From: Spirochaetota bacterium
GTDB taxonomy: Bacteria > Spirochaetota > UBA4802 > UBA5550
Reading direction: 5' to 3'
Length of the DNA stretch: 64,000 nucleotides
Assembly: GCA_963664815.2 (NCBI GenBank)
Contig: CAXXHB010000003.1
Coordinates: 1,856,001 to 1,920,000 of the forward strand
Shown one piece after another: positions 38,750-48,627 of this stretch. Under the pieces are notes generated by a model. That model worked only from the letters and a program-made list of their open reading frames with translations, searched no databases and was not told where the DNA came from. The first letter of the stretch is position 1, and each line of letters opens with the position of its first letter. The position numbers were made by a program, and so were the translations under genes.

Positions 38750-39798
38750 TGATTAATAAATTATTACTTTCCGTCCTCTTTTTTATTTTAGGCAACGGGT
38801 TATTGTCTGCAAATATGAAATATGAAGAAGAAAGTACAAAAACGAAAATTTATTTTTCATACAATGACAAAACAGGTCAGGATGCCCTTGTAAAGGGTAA
38901 AATAATTTCGATATCCACAAGTGAAGTTTTACCGGAGAATGAATTATCAGGAGTATTACAGGAAAGAACTAAAGCAACTGTCAGGCTGATCGATAAAGAA
39001 GGAATTCATTCAGATAACATTCTTTATGTAATTGATCCGAACAATATAGTAGTTTCAAAACTCAATGTAAAATATTTATTTGATAATAAGACATTTGGAA
39101 ATATGCTGATAGGCTATGGCAATCTCAGATTAAGTAATGAAGGTTACAGAGTCGCTATGGCGGTTGTTGAAAATAAAACCGAAGATTCCTTTATATATAA
39201 ATCCAGAGGAGATTATTATTTCAGAACCGGCGATAAAGGTAAAGCTATTGCGGAATATAAAAAAGCAATTGAAATGGATAGAGGAGATCCTTCGCCAAGA
39301 TTGGCTCTGGGGATGATTTATTACCAGGATAAAATATACAATTTTGCTTTTGCAGAACTCTCAGCAGCATATAAAAGTATAAGCAGTATGTATGATAATG
39401 AAGACAGATTTATCCTGTTAAAATCACTGGCCGAGATCAGGGAGATTTATACATACAGCAATGAAGATACATTCCAGAATAAGGTAAGGTACAGGAAAGA
39501 AGGGATCAGATACTGCAAAGAAGCATTAATGATTCATAAAAATTCAATTGATGTAAATTATCTGCTTGGCCAATTTTATTACCGACAGATAGAAATAAAC
39601 AGTGATGATGATAAACTTGCTAAAGATATGTTTCTTAAAGTAATAAAACTAAACGAATTGCATGCTGGCGCCAATCTGCGGCTCGCAGAGCTTTACCTTA
39701 AACATAATAATAAGGAGAAAGGTCTTTTTTACGCAAAAAAAGCTTCAGAAGCAGATCCTTCAAATCAGAAAGCTCTTGAAATACTCAAACATGAATAG
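38749..39798 (+). CDS. Exported TPR-repeat protein
   Basis: Signal peptide; TPRs such as RGDYYFRTGDKGKAIAEYKKAIEMD and ANLRLAELY...YAKKASEADPSN. Confidence 0.85.
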   Translation: MINKLLLSVLFFILGNGLLSANMKYEEESTKTKIYFSYNDKTGQDALVKGKIISISTSEVLPENELSGVLQERTKATVRLIDKEGIHSDNILYVIDPNNIVVSKLNVKYLFDNKTFGNMLIGYGNLRLSNEGYRVAMAVVENKTEDSFIYKSRGDYYFRTGDKGKAIAEYKKAIEMDRGDPSPRLALGMIYYQDKIYNFAFAELSAAYKSISSMYDNEDRFILLKSLAEIREIYTYSNEDTFQNKVRYRKEGIRYCKEALMIHKNSIDVNYLLGQFYYRQIEINSDDDKLAKDMFLKVIKLNELHAGANLRLAELYLKHNNKEKGLFYAKKASEADPSNQKALEILKHE

Positions 39799-39833
39799 TT
39801 AAAGCAATAGTTTCTTGACATTTTAATCTTCTG

Positions 39834-40322
39834 ATGGTAGACATTGAGACGGAAAGTCTTTATATGTTTATATCAATTTTATTAATTACAATTTCATTTA
39901 CATTTTGCCTCCAGATTCTTGTAATAATTCAATACCTTTTAACAAAGGGGGAAAGCTATTACAGAATTTTTCTGGGGACATTTGTAATTAATACAATTCT
40001 GATGATTATAGCCAGTATTTCCATACTGAAATATCCCTCCACTTTTGTTGCAATAGATATCAAATTTATATTATGGCTGATTTCAGGTTTTATTCTGATT
40101 TTTATTCTTTTCATAAAGATCAGTACTCTTCTGAAAATTTATAAAAGAACAAAAAATCCTGAATACTACACTATAAATTTTTTCGGGAAAAAAGTTTTCG
40201 CAAAAGGAATAATCAAACAGCATGAGTTTATTACATTGCTTCTGACGATGCCTTTTTTTCTTCTGGTTGGATCTTATTTTGTAGCAAGACTAATTAATAT
40301 TATACTTTATGGGCACCTTTGA
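39834..40322 (+). CDS. Hypothetical membrane protein (about 4 TM)
   Basis: Four hydrophobic stretches; the start may be the ATG at 39864. Confidence 0.7.
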   Translation: MVDIETESLYMFISILLITISFTFCLQILVIIQYLLTKGESYYRIFLGTFVINTILMIIASISILKYPSTFVAIDIKFILWLISGFILIFILFIKISTLLKIYKRTKNPEYYTINFFGKKVFAKGIIKQHEFITLLLTMPFFLLVGSYFVARLINIILYGHL

Positions 40323-41442
40323 TCTTTACAAGTTTACTTATTAATTCAATATGGTAAGTACATGGGAACATGTCAATCATTGTCAATTTCTCCAGTTTGT
40401 ATCCGTTTTTAAGAAAATCAACAATATCTCTTGAATAAGTAGATGGGTTACATGATACATATACAATTATATCCGGATTCATCGAATTAATTGTCCATCT
40501 TCCTTTTTTTGAGATCCCATTTCTTGGAGGATCAACAATTACAGTTTTAGGATTTATTCTCACCGGATTTATGTCAGATTCGGAAACAGGAAAGAACTTA
40601 AGATTATTACAATTATTTAACAAAGAATTATCAATAGCAAATTTTATGCTTGTATGATCAATATCATATCCTGTACCATGTGACGATATTTTTGAAAGAG
40701 GAATTGTTAAAAAACCGCAACCAGCACATATATCTGTAAATTCATCATTTTCTGTTAATTCACTGTAATCACATACAAGGTCTGACATTTTTTTTCTCAG
40801 AAATCTGTTACTCTGAAAAAAACTGTTAACATTTCTTCTGAAATAGTAATCACCGGTTTTTTCTTCAATAACAGAATATTTATCCTGATTATTAAATATA
40901 TTCCCTTTCCAGTCTTCGGCTAATTTTAAATCACCGGCAACATCACGTGTGTTCAATAATTCTATTCCATTAATCAGCTTATCAGAAATCAGAAGGCATC
41001 CTGAAGCAGGAAATGGAACAATTCTATTTGAGTTTTTACTGTGAAAACCTTTTATGATGCCGTCACATTTTATATTACAATGACTTCTATAATGATATCT
41101 TTCATCAGATATAATATTTATATTAACCTTATCTTCAATAAGGGCGATTCTTTTTAAATGGTCTCTGATTATTTTTATTTTAGATTCTATTTCATCTGAA
41201 TATTCTAAATTAAGATAGGAGCATCCGCCGCAAATTTCGAAATTACAGCATAATGGATTTATTCTTTTATCAGACGGCTTTAATACTTCTTTACATACAG
41301 CAAAAGAAAAACTTTTTCTTTCATCATAAACTTCTATCGCCATCTCATCACCGGGGATTGCATTATTCACAAAAACGGCTTTCCCATTTATTCTTCCAAC
41401 TCCGTATCCTCCATAGGCTATATTATCAATTTTTATTTTCAT
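40300..41442 (-). CDS. RNA (uracil-5)-methyltransferase, RlmD/TrmA family
   Basis: TRAM-like N-terminus, C...CGGC Fe-S motif, SFFQSN, VDPPRNG, YVSCNPST, DMFP.T.HIE. Confidence 0.92.
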   Translation of the reverse strand: MKIKIDNIAYGGYGVGRINGKAVFVNNAIPGDEMAIEVYDERKSFSFAVCKEVLKPSDKRINPLCCNFEICGGCSYLNLEYSDEIESKIKIIRDHLKRIALIEDKVNINIISDERYHYRSHCNIKCDGIIKGFHSKNSNRIVPFPASGCLLISDKLINGIELLNTRDVAGDLKLAEDWKGNIFNNQDKYSVIEEKTGDYYFRRNVNSFFQSNRFLRKKMSDLVCDYSELTENDEFTDICAGCGFLTIPLSKISSHGTGYDIDHTSIKFAIDNSLLNNCNNLKFFPVSESDINPVRINPKTVIVDPPRNGISKKGRWTINSMNPDIIVYVSCNPSTYSRDIVDFLKNGYKLEKLTMIDMFPCTYHIELISKLVKIKGAHKV

Positions 41443-41558
41443 TTAACCCTTCTGTTTTATTTTAAAAGTCCAATTGATTGAATAATATTGTAAAAAATAT
41501 AATTGACTTTATATTTTTCTACAAAATAAAATAATATATCATTTAGAAAGGATTATTT

Positions 41559-43112
41559 ATGAAATGCAGTAAAAAATTGATATCATGGTTATTCTTATTT
41601 TCTTTGATAATTTCATGCAAGAATTCAAAAAATTATGAGGTTGAACCGAATAATACATTTTCCAATGCCAACACAATTGAGATAAATAAGGAAATTTATG
41701 GCTTTCTAGATAGTGAAAATGATATCGACAATTATATTTTAAATGTTACTGAAGAACAGATTCTTAAATTAGAACTAAGCGGGATTAAGGGTGTAAATCA
41801 CGCCATCAATATTTATAAGAATGAAAACTCCAAACCTCAATTATTAAAAGTAATTGATGATAACAGGAAATCCGCAGGTGAAATTTTTTCAAATCTTTAC
41901 GTACAAACAGGGCAGTATATATTTACAATAACTCATGGAAGCAGAGATTTAAAAAAAGGGAACACCGAAACTCCTTATAAATTTTTAATCACTTCAAGAC
42001 CTTATATGAATGAAGAAAAGGAGCCGAATGACAATCCATATTCAGCTAACCAGATAGCTGATCAAGCCGCGATAATTGGTTATTTTTCACCGGGACAGAA
42101 TATATTGAATAATGACCAGAAATATAAAATGAGAGAAACGGACTGTTATAAATTCAATGTCATTATTTCCGAGAATGTTCCTGTTTTAATAGATATACAG
42201 TTAACGGGAGTTAAGGGTGTCGATTCAGTTCTCACACTTTTTAATAGCGGCATGGAGGAAATTTTATCAGTTGATAACGCGGCAACAGGAGAAGGCGAGA
42301 CGATCGCTGATTTCGGCATTAAAGATTCTGGTGATTACTATATACAGGTAAGTTCAAAAAATTTTCTTTTTAATAATGATATTCCATATGAACTCAGACT
42401 TAAATATAAAACATTTGAACGAAATTCTGAACTGGAGGTGAATAACAGCTTTGATAAGGCAAATATAATAACTGATAATACAATGAATGGGAAAATCAGC
42501 AGTTTAGATGATCGTGATTATTTTCTTTTTATCCCTCCTTTGAAAAACAAAAATTATAAAGCTAAATGTATCGGTGCCGATGGAATGGATATTATCATGA
42601 CTATCTTTGATAATAACAGAAATAAATTATTTGAAATAAATAATATTAAAGGTGGCGGTGCAGAGATAATTCCATGTTTTTTAATCAGTAATTCCGTTTA
42701 TTTTTTAATTTCCGCATCGGCACTCTCTACTGCTGAACCAAGATATACGCTTGAAATTGAAAAACTCGATTCAAATGATATATTCGAGACTGAACCAAAC
42801 AACACAAAAGCAACCGCAAATTTGGTCAACAGACAGGTAAAAGGTTTTATCACTTATAAAAATGATATTGATTATTATATGGTAAAATATGAAGAAAGAA
42901 AAAAAGTTAAAATTACAGTCAGGGGAGTAAAAGATGGAAAGATTAAAGTCTCAACGACTGATCCTCAGGGTTTTATTATTAAAACAAAAGAAATACAATC
43001 TGATGAGGAAGTTTCTTTAACAGAAATTTTTGATAAAAAAGGATATATTATTGTTGAACCTATAGTTCCAAATTTTGAATATCCATATACGATTACATTA
43101 GAGGAATTATAA
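41559..43112 (+). CDS. Lipoprotein with four PPC-like (E.EPN[ND]) domains
   Basis: IIS-C lipobox; EVEPNN, EKEPND, ELEVNN and ETEPNN, each followed by a D.D.Y motif. Confidence 0.8.
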   Translation: MKCSKKLISWLFLFSLIISCKNSKNYEVEPNNTFSNANTIEINKEIYGFLDSENDIDNYILNVTEEQILKLELSGIKGVNHAINIYKNENSKPQLLKVIDDNRKSAGEIFSNLYVQTGQYIFTITHGSRDLKKGNTETPYKFLITSRPYMNEEKEPNDNPYSANQIADQAAIIGYFSPGQNILNNDQKYKMRETDCYKFNVIISENVPVLIDIQLTGVKGVDSVLTLFNSGMEEILSVDNAATGEGETIADFGIKDSGDYYIQVSSKNFLFNNDIPYELRLKYKTFERNSELEVNNSFDKANIITDNTMNGKISSLDDRDYFLFIPPLKNKNYKAKCIGADGMDIIMTIFDNNRNKLFEINNIKGGGAEIIPCFLISNSVYFLISASALSTAEPRYTLEIEKLDSNDIFETEPNNTKATANLVNRQVKGFITYKNDIDYYMVKYEERKKVKITVRGVKDGKIKVSTTDPQGFIIKTKEIQSDEEVSLTEIFDKKGYIIVEPIVPNFEYPYTITLEEL

Positions 43113-43552
43113 TGCATAGATATTTTATAATTATTATTTTTATTGCTTTATATTTTACGAGTTGCACAACTACCGGAAAGAGTAAAATTGTTAAACCGGA
43201 GTCAGGAAATAATTTTTATATTTCTATTAATGATTCAGATATAGAAAATCCTGAAAATGACAGAAGATGTTATTATATGATTTATATTGATAAAGCTGAA
43301 TCAGGAAGAACTTCAATTGGACTTGAATCTCAGGAAAAAGACTTTAATTTGCTTTTATCAAAAAACAGACATCTTATAAAAATAGAAAAATGGGTATTAA
43401 ATGAAAACCTGGGACGTTATGTAAAACTCAATAATATTGAACAACCTAAACCTGATTTTATTTATATTAATATTGAAAATAATAAAATTGTAAAACTTAA
43501 GGTTAAATCTTCAAAAGAAGGCATAGCTACATATAGTATGATAGCGGAATAA
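43112..43552 (+). CDS. Hypothetical lipoprotein
   Basis: FTS-C lipobox; start overlaps the upstream stop (TAATG). Confidence 0.72.
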   Translation: MHRYFIIIIFIALYFTSCTTTGKSKIVKPESGNNFYISINDSDIENPENDRRCYYMIYIDKAESGRTSIGLESQEKDFNLLLSKNRHLIKIEKWVLNENLGRYVKLNNIEQPKPDFIYINIENNKIVKLKVKSSKEGIATYSMIAE

Positions 43553-43589
43553 AAAATGTAAAATTTTTATATTCCGCTGATCCTGAAAA

Positions 43590-44591
43590 TCAGTTTTTTG
43601 CCAGTGAACTGTTTTTAGAGTAGAAGTTCTTTACTACCTGGAAAGGTACATCGTAATCCTGTCTGGCATTCCATAAGAGATATCCTTTTATACCTGATTC
43701 ATGTGCTGCCCGGAGCTGATCTGATATATATTTATCATAAGGGATATCGTATAGTTTCATTCTGAAAGCCTGTATCCATGAAACAATCTGGGCATTTTTA
43801 ACACGGGCTTTTGCTCTTTTTGATGTCTGTAATACGGTAAAATACGGATCCTTCATTAATTTTTTACTCCATGTATAATGAGAAGGATAAGCCATGGGGC
43901 ATATTATATCTACAACTTTATCAAGACTTTCCATTTTTTGACCTATAATATCATCATCATTTAACGGTATTCGTCCGAAAATATCGGCAGCAATACGGAC
44001 ATTGTATTTTTTTAAATGCTCCCTTGATCGTGATAAAAAGCTTTCAATAAATGCATAACGTTGTTGTATTTTCAATTGTTTATTTTTGTTTGAATCATTA
44101 AACCTGATATAATCAAACTGTATTTCCCTGAATCCGTTTATGCATGCACTTTCGGCAATATTTAGTTTGTCGTTAATATACTCTTCAGACACCGGCCAGT
44201 TTTTTAAACCATCCGGGAATATAACTATTCTGGCAATCGGGTGAATCCCGTTATCTTTGCAGTATTGTACATTTTCAGGTGGAACTATACATTTTCCATA
44301 TTTACCATTTTGAACATCAAGTACAAACGTATTAATATTTGCTGCCTTTGCTCTGGTTGTGAACTCTTTAAGTTTCTGCATGCTATTTGCTGATGTAACT
44401 GTTAAATAAATTCCCCTGTAAAATTCCGGATATTTATAAACTTCACTGTTTGCTTCAGGTGTTCCCGTACCTTTTATAAGAGTTGATTTATTATCCTTTT
44501 TTATATTTTCAGCATTTATATAATTAATTGTAATTGTACCTGCAGTAAACAATACAACTACAGCTGAAAAGATAATTAAAACTTTTTTCAT
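43590..44591 (-). CDS. Putative glycoside hydrolase (DUF4015-like TIM barrel)
   Basis: RGIYLT, INTFVLDV, IARIVIF.D, GFREIQFDYIRF, ADIFG, IGQ, PMAYPSHY, WIQAF, LLWNA. Confidence 0.82.
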   Translation of the reverse strand: MKKVLIIFSAVVVLFTAGTITINYINAENIKKDNKSTLIKGTGTPEANSEVYKYPEFYRGIYLTVTSANSMQKLKEFTTRAKAANINTFVLDVQNGKYGKCIVPPENVQYCKDNGIHPIARIVIFPDGLKNWPVSEEYINDKLNIAESACINGFREIQFDYIRFNDSNKNKQLKIQQRYAFIESFLSRSREHLKKYNVRIAADIFGRIPLNDDDIIGQKMESLDKVVDIICPMAYPSHYTWSKKLMKDPYFTVLQTSKRAKARVKNAQIVSWIQAFRMKLYDIPYDKYISDQLRAAHESGIKGYLLWNARQDYDVPFQVVKNFYSKNSSLAKN

Positions 44592-44903
44592 ATTGGCCTC
44601 AAATTAATCTTGTTTATTGATTTATCGTCATTTACTGGATAACATAGTTTAAAATTTATTGTTGTTTTGTCAAAATTTATTTACTGAATTGTTGACAGTT
44701 AAGTTAATGATGTGTTAATTATTTTATTACATCCATTTAACATTCAGTATATCCAGATTAAATAACATGATAATTTAAGTGTTACTTACCGGTTATTACA
44801 TTTAATTTATGTCTGAAGTGAATATAGTTATCATTTTTTGTATAATAGAGCATTTTCGTTGCATAAATGATTATATTTAAATTTTTGTTCATGGTAAAAT
44901 AAA

Positions 44904-46700
44904 TTGTATCTCGAAAAAGAAATAATTGAAAAGATCAGGATGAGCGTAAGGCTTGAGGATATTGCTTCCAGATATGTTCCTTCTCTTAAAAAAAAAGGTA
45001 AAAATTATACCGGGCTGTGCCCGTTTCATAAGGAAAAGACACCATCATTTTCTATTGCACCAGATAAGCAGATTTTTCAATGTTTCGGATGTAATACCGG
45101 TGGAAATGTTTTTACATTCATTTCAAAAATAGAAAACCTTGGGTTCATTGAGAGTGTTAAACGAGTTGCAGATATAGCTGGTATTGATTTAAACAATGAT
45201 GATTCATCTTCTGTCAATATACTATCAATCAGAAGAATAAATAAATATACTATGAGTTTCTATCAGGCTTATATGTATTCATCAGATGGTGCAGAGGGAA
45301 AAAAATATCTTATAAACAGAGGTGTGTCTGAAGATGCTATAAGCACATTTAAACTCGGGTTCTCGCCCGATTCTTGGGACAGATTGAGTGTAAATTTAAA
45401 AAAGAATAAAGCTGATCTCGATCTGGCCGAGAAGATCGGATTAATAGGTAAATCACAGAAGTACCAGGGAAGATATTTTGATAAATTCAGAAACAGGGTT
45501 ATCTTTCCTATTTTTGACAGAAGTAATAATGTTATTGCATTTGGCGGACGTTCTATTTCAAAAGAAAATCAACCAAAGTATTTAAACTCTCCCGAATCAG
45601 AGATTTATCAGAAACGAAATATTTTATATGGGCTGAATTTTGCCCAGAATGATATTAAAGAACTGGACAGGGCAATTATAGTTGAAGGTTATCTTGATGT
45701 AATTGGCTGTCATCAGAATGGAATTAAAAATGTTGTTGCACCCCTTGGTACTGCACTTACTGAGAATCATATTAAGATCTTGTCGCAGTTATGTAATGAA
45801 ATAATTATGCTTTTTGATTCAGATTCGGCAGGAATAAATGCTGCGTTGAAATCAATTGATACGTCAAAGCTTTTTAATGTGGAAATTAAAATTGCTATAT
45901 TGCCTCAGGATGACCCTTTTGACTATGTTGTAAAAAAAGGTGTCAGGGAGTTGATGGCCATTATAGATACAGCTGAAAAACCTGTTGATTTTAAAATTCG
46001 TAATGTTCTCGCCAGAAACAAAGGAAAGGATAATGTGAGTTTTCTTGGTGATCTCTTCGAAATCATTAAAAACATTTCATATCCTGCAGAATCAACAAAA
46101 TCTATTGAAGCAGAGAAAAGCTTTTATCTTACAAAACTCAGTCAGTTGCTTAAAATAGATGAAGAAGCAATAAGGTCTGACTATAAACGATATTCCACAG
46201 GTAATAAAATTGAAATAAATACAAAGAAGAGCAGTTCAGATATTTTACAGTATCAAACCAGAGCTTATAGGGATCTGATACACTTAATTATACATTATCC
46301 GGAGATAACCGGTGATGTATTAATAGATTTCTCACATGAAGAAATAGATGATCCTGTATCAAAAAATATTTTTTCAGTAATCGCTAAATTATATAACTCA
46401 GAAAATGAATTTCGTGTAGATAAAATATTTGACTTTTTCTCCAAAGGATTAGAAATGGATTTTTTGAATAGTACAATTCAAAAAGATGCATCAGTAGAAG
46501 ATCCAAAAGCCGCATATACAGAAATTTATGTTAACTTAAAATTGCACAACATCGATAAAAAAATAACAGAATATGTTGAAAAGGTAAAAAATTCCGGCAA
46601 TAACCAACTGGAGTATCTTGCTGAAATTGAAATTTTAAGGCGTGAAAAAGAAAAACTCTCAAATTACATTTTTAACAGGGGAACTCTTAAAACGTTTTAA
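44904..46700 (+). CDS. dnaG: DNA primase
   Basis: GLCPFHKEKTPSF...CFGC zinc finger, FRNRVIFPI, FGGR, PKYLNSPE, VEGYLDV, FDSDSAG; TTG start. Confidence 0.97.
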   Translation: MYLEKEIIEKIRMSVRLEDIASRYVPSLKKKGKNYTGLCPFHKEKTPSFSIAPDKQIFQCFGCNTGGNVFTFISKIENLGFIESVKRVADIAGIDLNNDDSSSVNILSIRRINKYTMSFYQAYMYSSDGAEGKKYLINRGVSEDAISTFKLGFSPDSWDRLSVNLKKNKADLDLAEKIGLIGKSQKYQGRYFDKFRNRVIFPIFDRSNNVIAFGGRSISKENQPKYLNSPESEIYQKRNILYGLNFAQNDIKELDRAIIVEGYLDVIGCHQNGIKNVVAPLGTALTENHIKILSQLCNEIIMLFDSDSAGINAALKSIDTSKLFNVEIKIAILPQDDPFDYVVKKGVRELMAIIDTAEKPVDFKIRNVLARNKGKDNVSFLGDLFEIIKNISYPAESTKSIEAEKSFYLTKLSQLLKIDEEAIRSDYKRYSTGNKIEINTKKSSSDILQYQTRAYRDLIHLIIHYPEITGDVLIDFSHEEIDDPVSKNIFSVIAKLYNSENEFRVDKIFDFFSKGLEMDFLNSTIQKDASVEDPKAAYTEIYVNLKLHNIDKKITEYVEKVKNSGNNQLEYLAEIEILRREKEKLSNYIFNRGTLKTF

Positions 46701-46760
46701 TTAATGTAAATACGTATTAAGAAACGATCAAAATCTTATATAACAGGTTAAATACAGAAT

Positions 46761-48527
46761 ATGAGCAAAAATGATCTGGTAATTGAAAACATTGTCGAAG
46801 TAAAAAAATTAATAGAAATCGGCAAAGCCAATAATGAAGTTACTTATGATGAGATTAATGAAATTCTTCCTGATAAACTTTTAAATTCAGAAAAAATTGA
46901 TGATATTTTTATTCTTTTAAACCAGATGGGGATTGAGGTTGTAGAAGAATCTACAAAAAAAACATCCCCCGAAGTAACTACAAAAAAGAAAACAGCACCT
47001 GCAAGGAAGACTTCATATGCTGCTGAAGATACTTCCCATGTCGACGATCCGATCAGACTATATCTGAAAGAAATCGGGCGGGTATCCCTGTTATCTGGCG
47101 AGCAGGAAGTGGATCTTGCAAAAAGAATTGAAGAGGGTGAAATTCTTATAGAAAAGGCAGTTATTACGTCCACTTTGTTAACAAATGAATTAATTAAAAA
47201 TCATTCAAAAGTTACCAGCGGTAAGATAAAGCTTACTGAAATTTTAAGAATTAACAGGTTATATTATTTCTCATCAATTGATATGGCCGGTCTCGATACC
47301 AAGTATAATGAAAAAATGAAAGTAATAATCGATGAAGATTCAAAGATTATTAAATTGCAAAATAAAATAAAAAGATATGAAGAAGATTCACCTGAATCAC
47401 AAAAAATTAAAGATGATATTTTAAAATCTAAAGAAAAAATAAGACAGGCTGTTGAGGAACTTGAGATTAGTGAAGATGAAATAAGTAAATTATCGCACAA
47501 AATCCAGTCAATGGTTAAGCGGATAGATGAGACATACAAGTTTTTTAAAGAGATTGAACAGATATATAGCAAAGATATAAAGGAATTAAAACATTTTGCA
47601 AGAAAAGTTGAAAAAGATGAAGATATTGATCTGATCATAAAAGAATTGAATCTGAAGAATAAAGATGAATTACTTGAAATTGTAAAGGATGTAAGAAACA
47701 ATGAGAGAAAAATAAGACGCATTGAACAGGAGGCTGGTGCTGATGCGGATGATATTCTTGAATGGGGGAAGCAGATTACATATGGACAGCGTAAAATACA
47801 AAGAGCAAAAAAAGAATTGATAAATGCAAACCTAAGGCTGGTAGTTTCAATTGCAAAAAAATATGCAAACAGAGGGATGCACTTTTTTGATCTGATTCAG
47901 GAAGGTAATATAGGTCTTATAAAAGCAGTTGATAAATTTGAATATAGAAAGGGTTACAAGTTTTCAACATATGCCACATGGTGGATTCGACAGGCAATAA
48001 CACGCGCAATTTCAGACCAGGCAAGAACAATTCGTGTTCCGGTGCACATGATTGAACAGATTAACAAGGTAATGAGAGAAACAAGATTATTTCAGCAGGA
48101 ATTCGGAAGGGAGCCAAATCCTGAAGAGTTAGCTGATCGTCTTGGTTGGCCGATTTCAAAAGTTAAAGCTGTTAAGAATGTAGCACGTGAACCGATTTCG
48201 CTTGAAACTCCTGTTGGAGAAGAGGAGGATTCACTGCTTGGAGATTTTATCCAGGATAAAGATGTTGATTCACCGGCTAACACAGCTGCCCATAGATTAC
48301 TTAATGAGCAGATAGTTTCTGTTCTCAATACACTTCCGGCAAGAGAACAGAAAGTAATCAGGATGAGATTCGGTCTGGATGACGGATATTCTCATACACT
48401 TGAAGAAGTTGGATATGTATTCAAAGTTACGAGAGAAAGAATAAGGCAGATAGAAGCCAAAGCGCTAAGAAGGTTAAGGCATCCCACCAGAGCAAGGAAA
48501 CTGAAAGATTATCTGGATTATATGTAA
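46761..48527 (+). CDS. rpoD: RNA polymerase primary sigma factor
   Basis: [67 protein letters not shown]; follows dnaG. Confidence 0.98.
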   Translation: MSKNDLVIENIVEVKKLIEIGKANNEVTYDEINEILPDKLLNSEKIDDIFILLNQMGIEVVEESTKKTSPEVTTKKKTAPARKTSYAAEDTSHVDDPIRLYLKEIGRVSLLSGEQEVDLAKRIEEGEILIEKAVITSTLLTNELIKNHSKVTSGKIKLTEILRINRLYYFSSIDMAGLDTKYNEKMKVIIDEDSKIIKLQNKIKRYEEDSPESQKIKDDILKSKEKIRQAVEELEISEDEISKLSHKIQSMVKRIDETYKFFKEIEQIYSKDIKELKHFARKVEKDEDIDLIIKELNLKNKDELLEIVKDVRNNERKIRRIEQEAGADADDILEWGKQITYGQRKIQRAKKELINANLRLVVSIAKKYANRGMHFFDLIQEGNIGLIKAVDKFEYRKGYKFSTYATWWIRQAITRAISDQARTIRVPVHMIEQINKVMRETRLFQQEFGREPNPEELADRLGWPISKVKAVKNVAREPISLETPVGEEEDSLLGDFIQDKDVDSPANTAAHRLLNEQIVSVLNTLPAREQKVIRMRFGLDDGYSHTLEEVGYVFKVTRERIRQIEAKALRRLRHPTRARKLKDYLDYM

Positions 48528-48530
48528 TTA

Positions 48531-48571
48531 TTAAAAAGGAAGCAGTCATTTGATTACAGCTTCCTTTTTAA
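48531..48571. terminator. Intrinsic terminator after rpoD
   Basis: TTAAAAAGGAAGC...GCTTCCTTTTTAA perfect 13-bp inverted repeat. Confidence 0.8.
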
Positions 48572-48627
48572 TTTATTCATATAAACAACTAAGTAAATAA
48601 TTATATGGAATCCAGGAAGTTTAAAAA

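Noticed and set aside
40300-40322. Convergent 3' overlaps (40300-40322 and 54363-54388) as antisense regulation
   Set aside because: Short tail-to-tail overlaps are common in compact AT-rich genomes and there is no further support.
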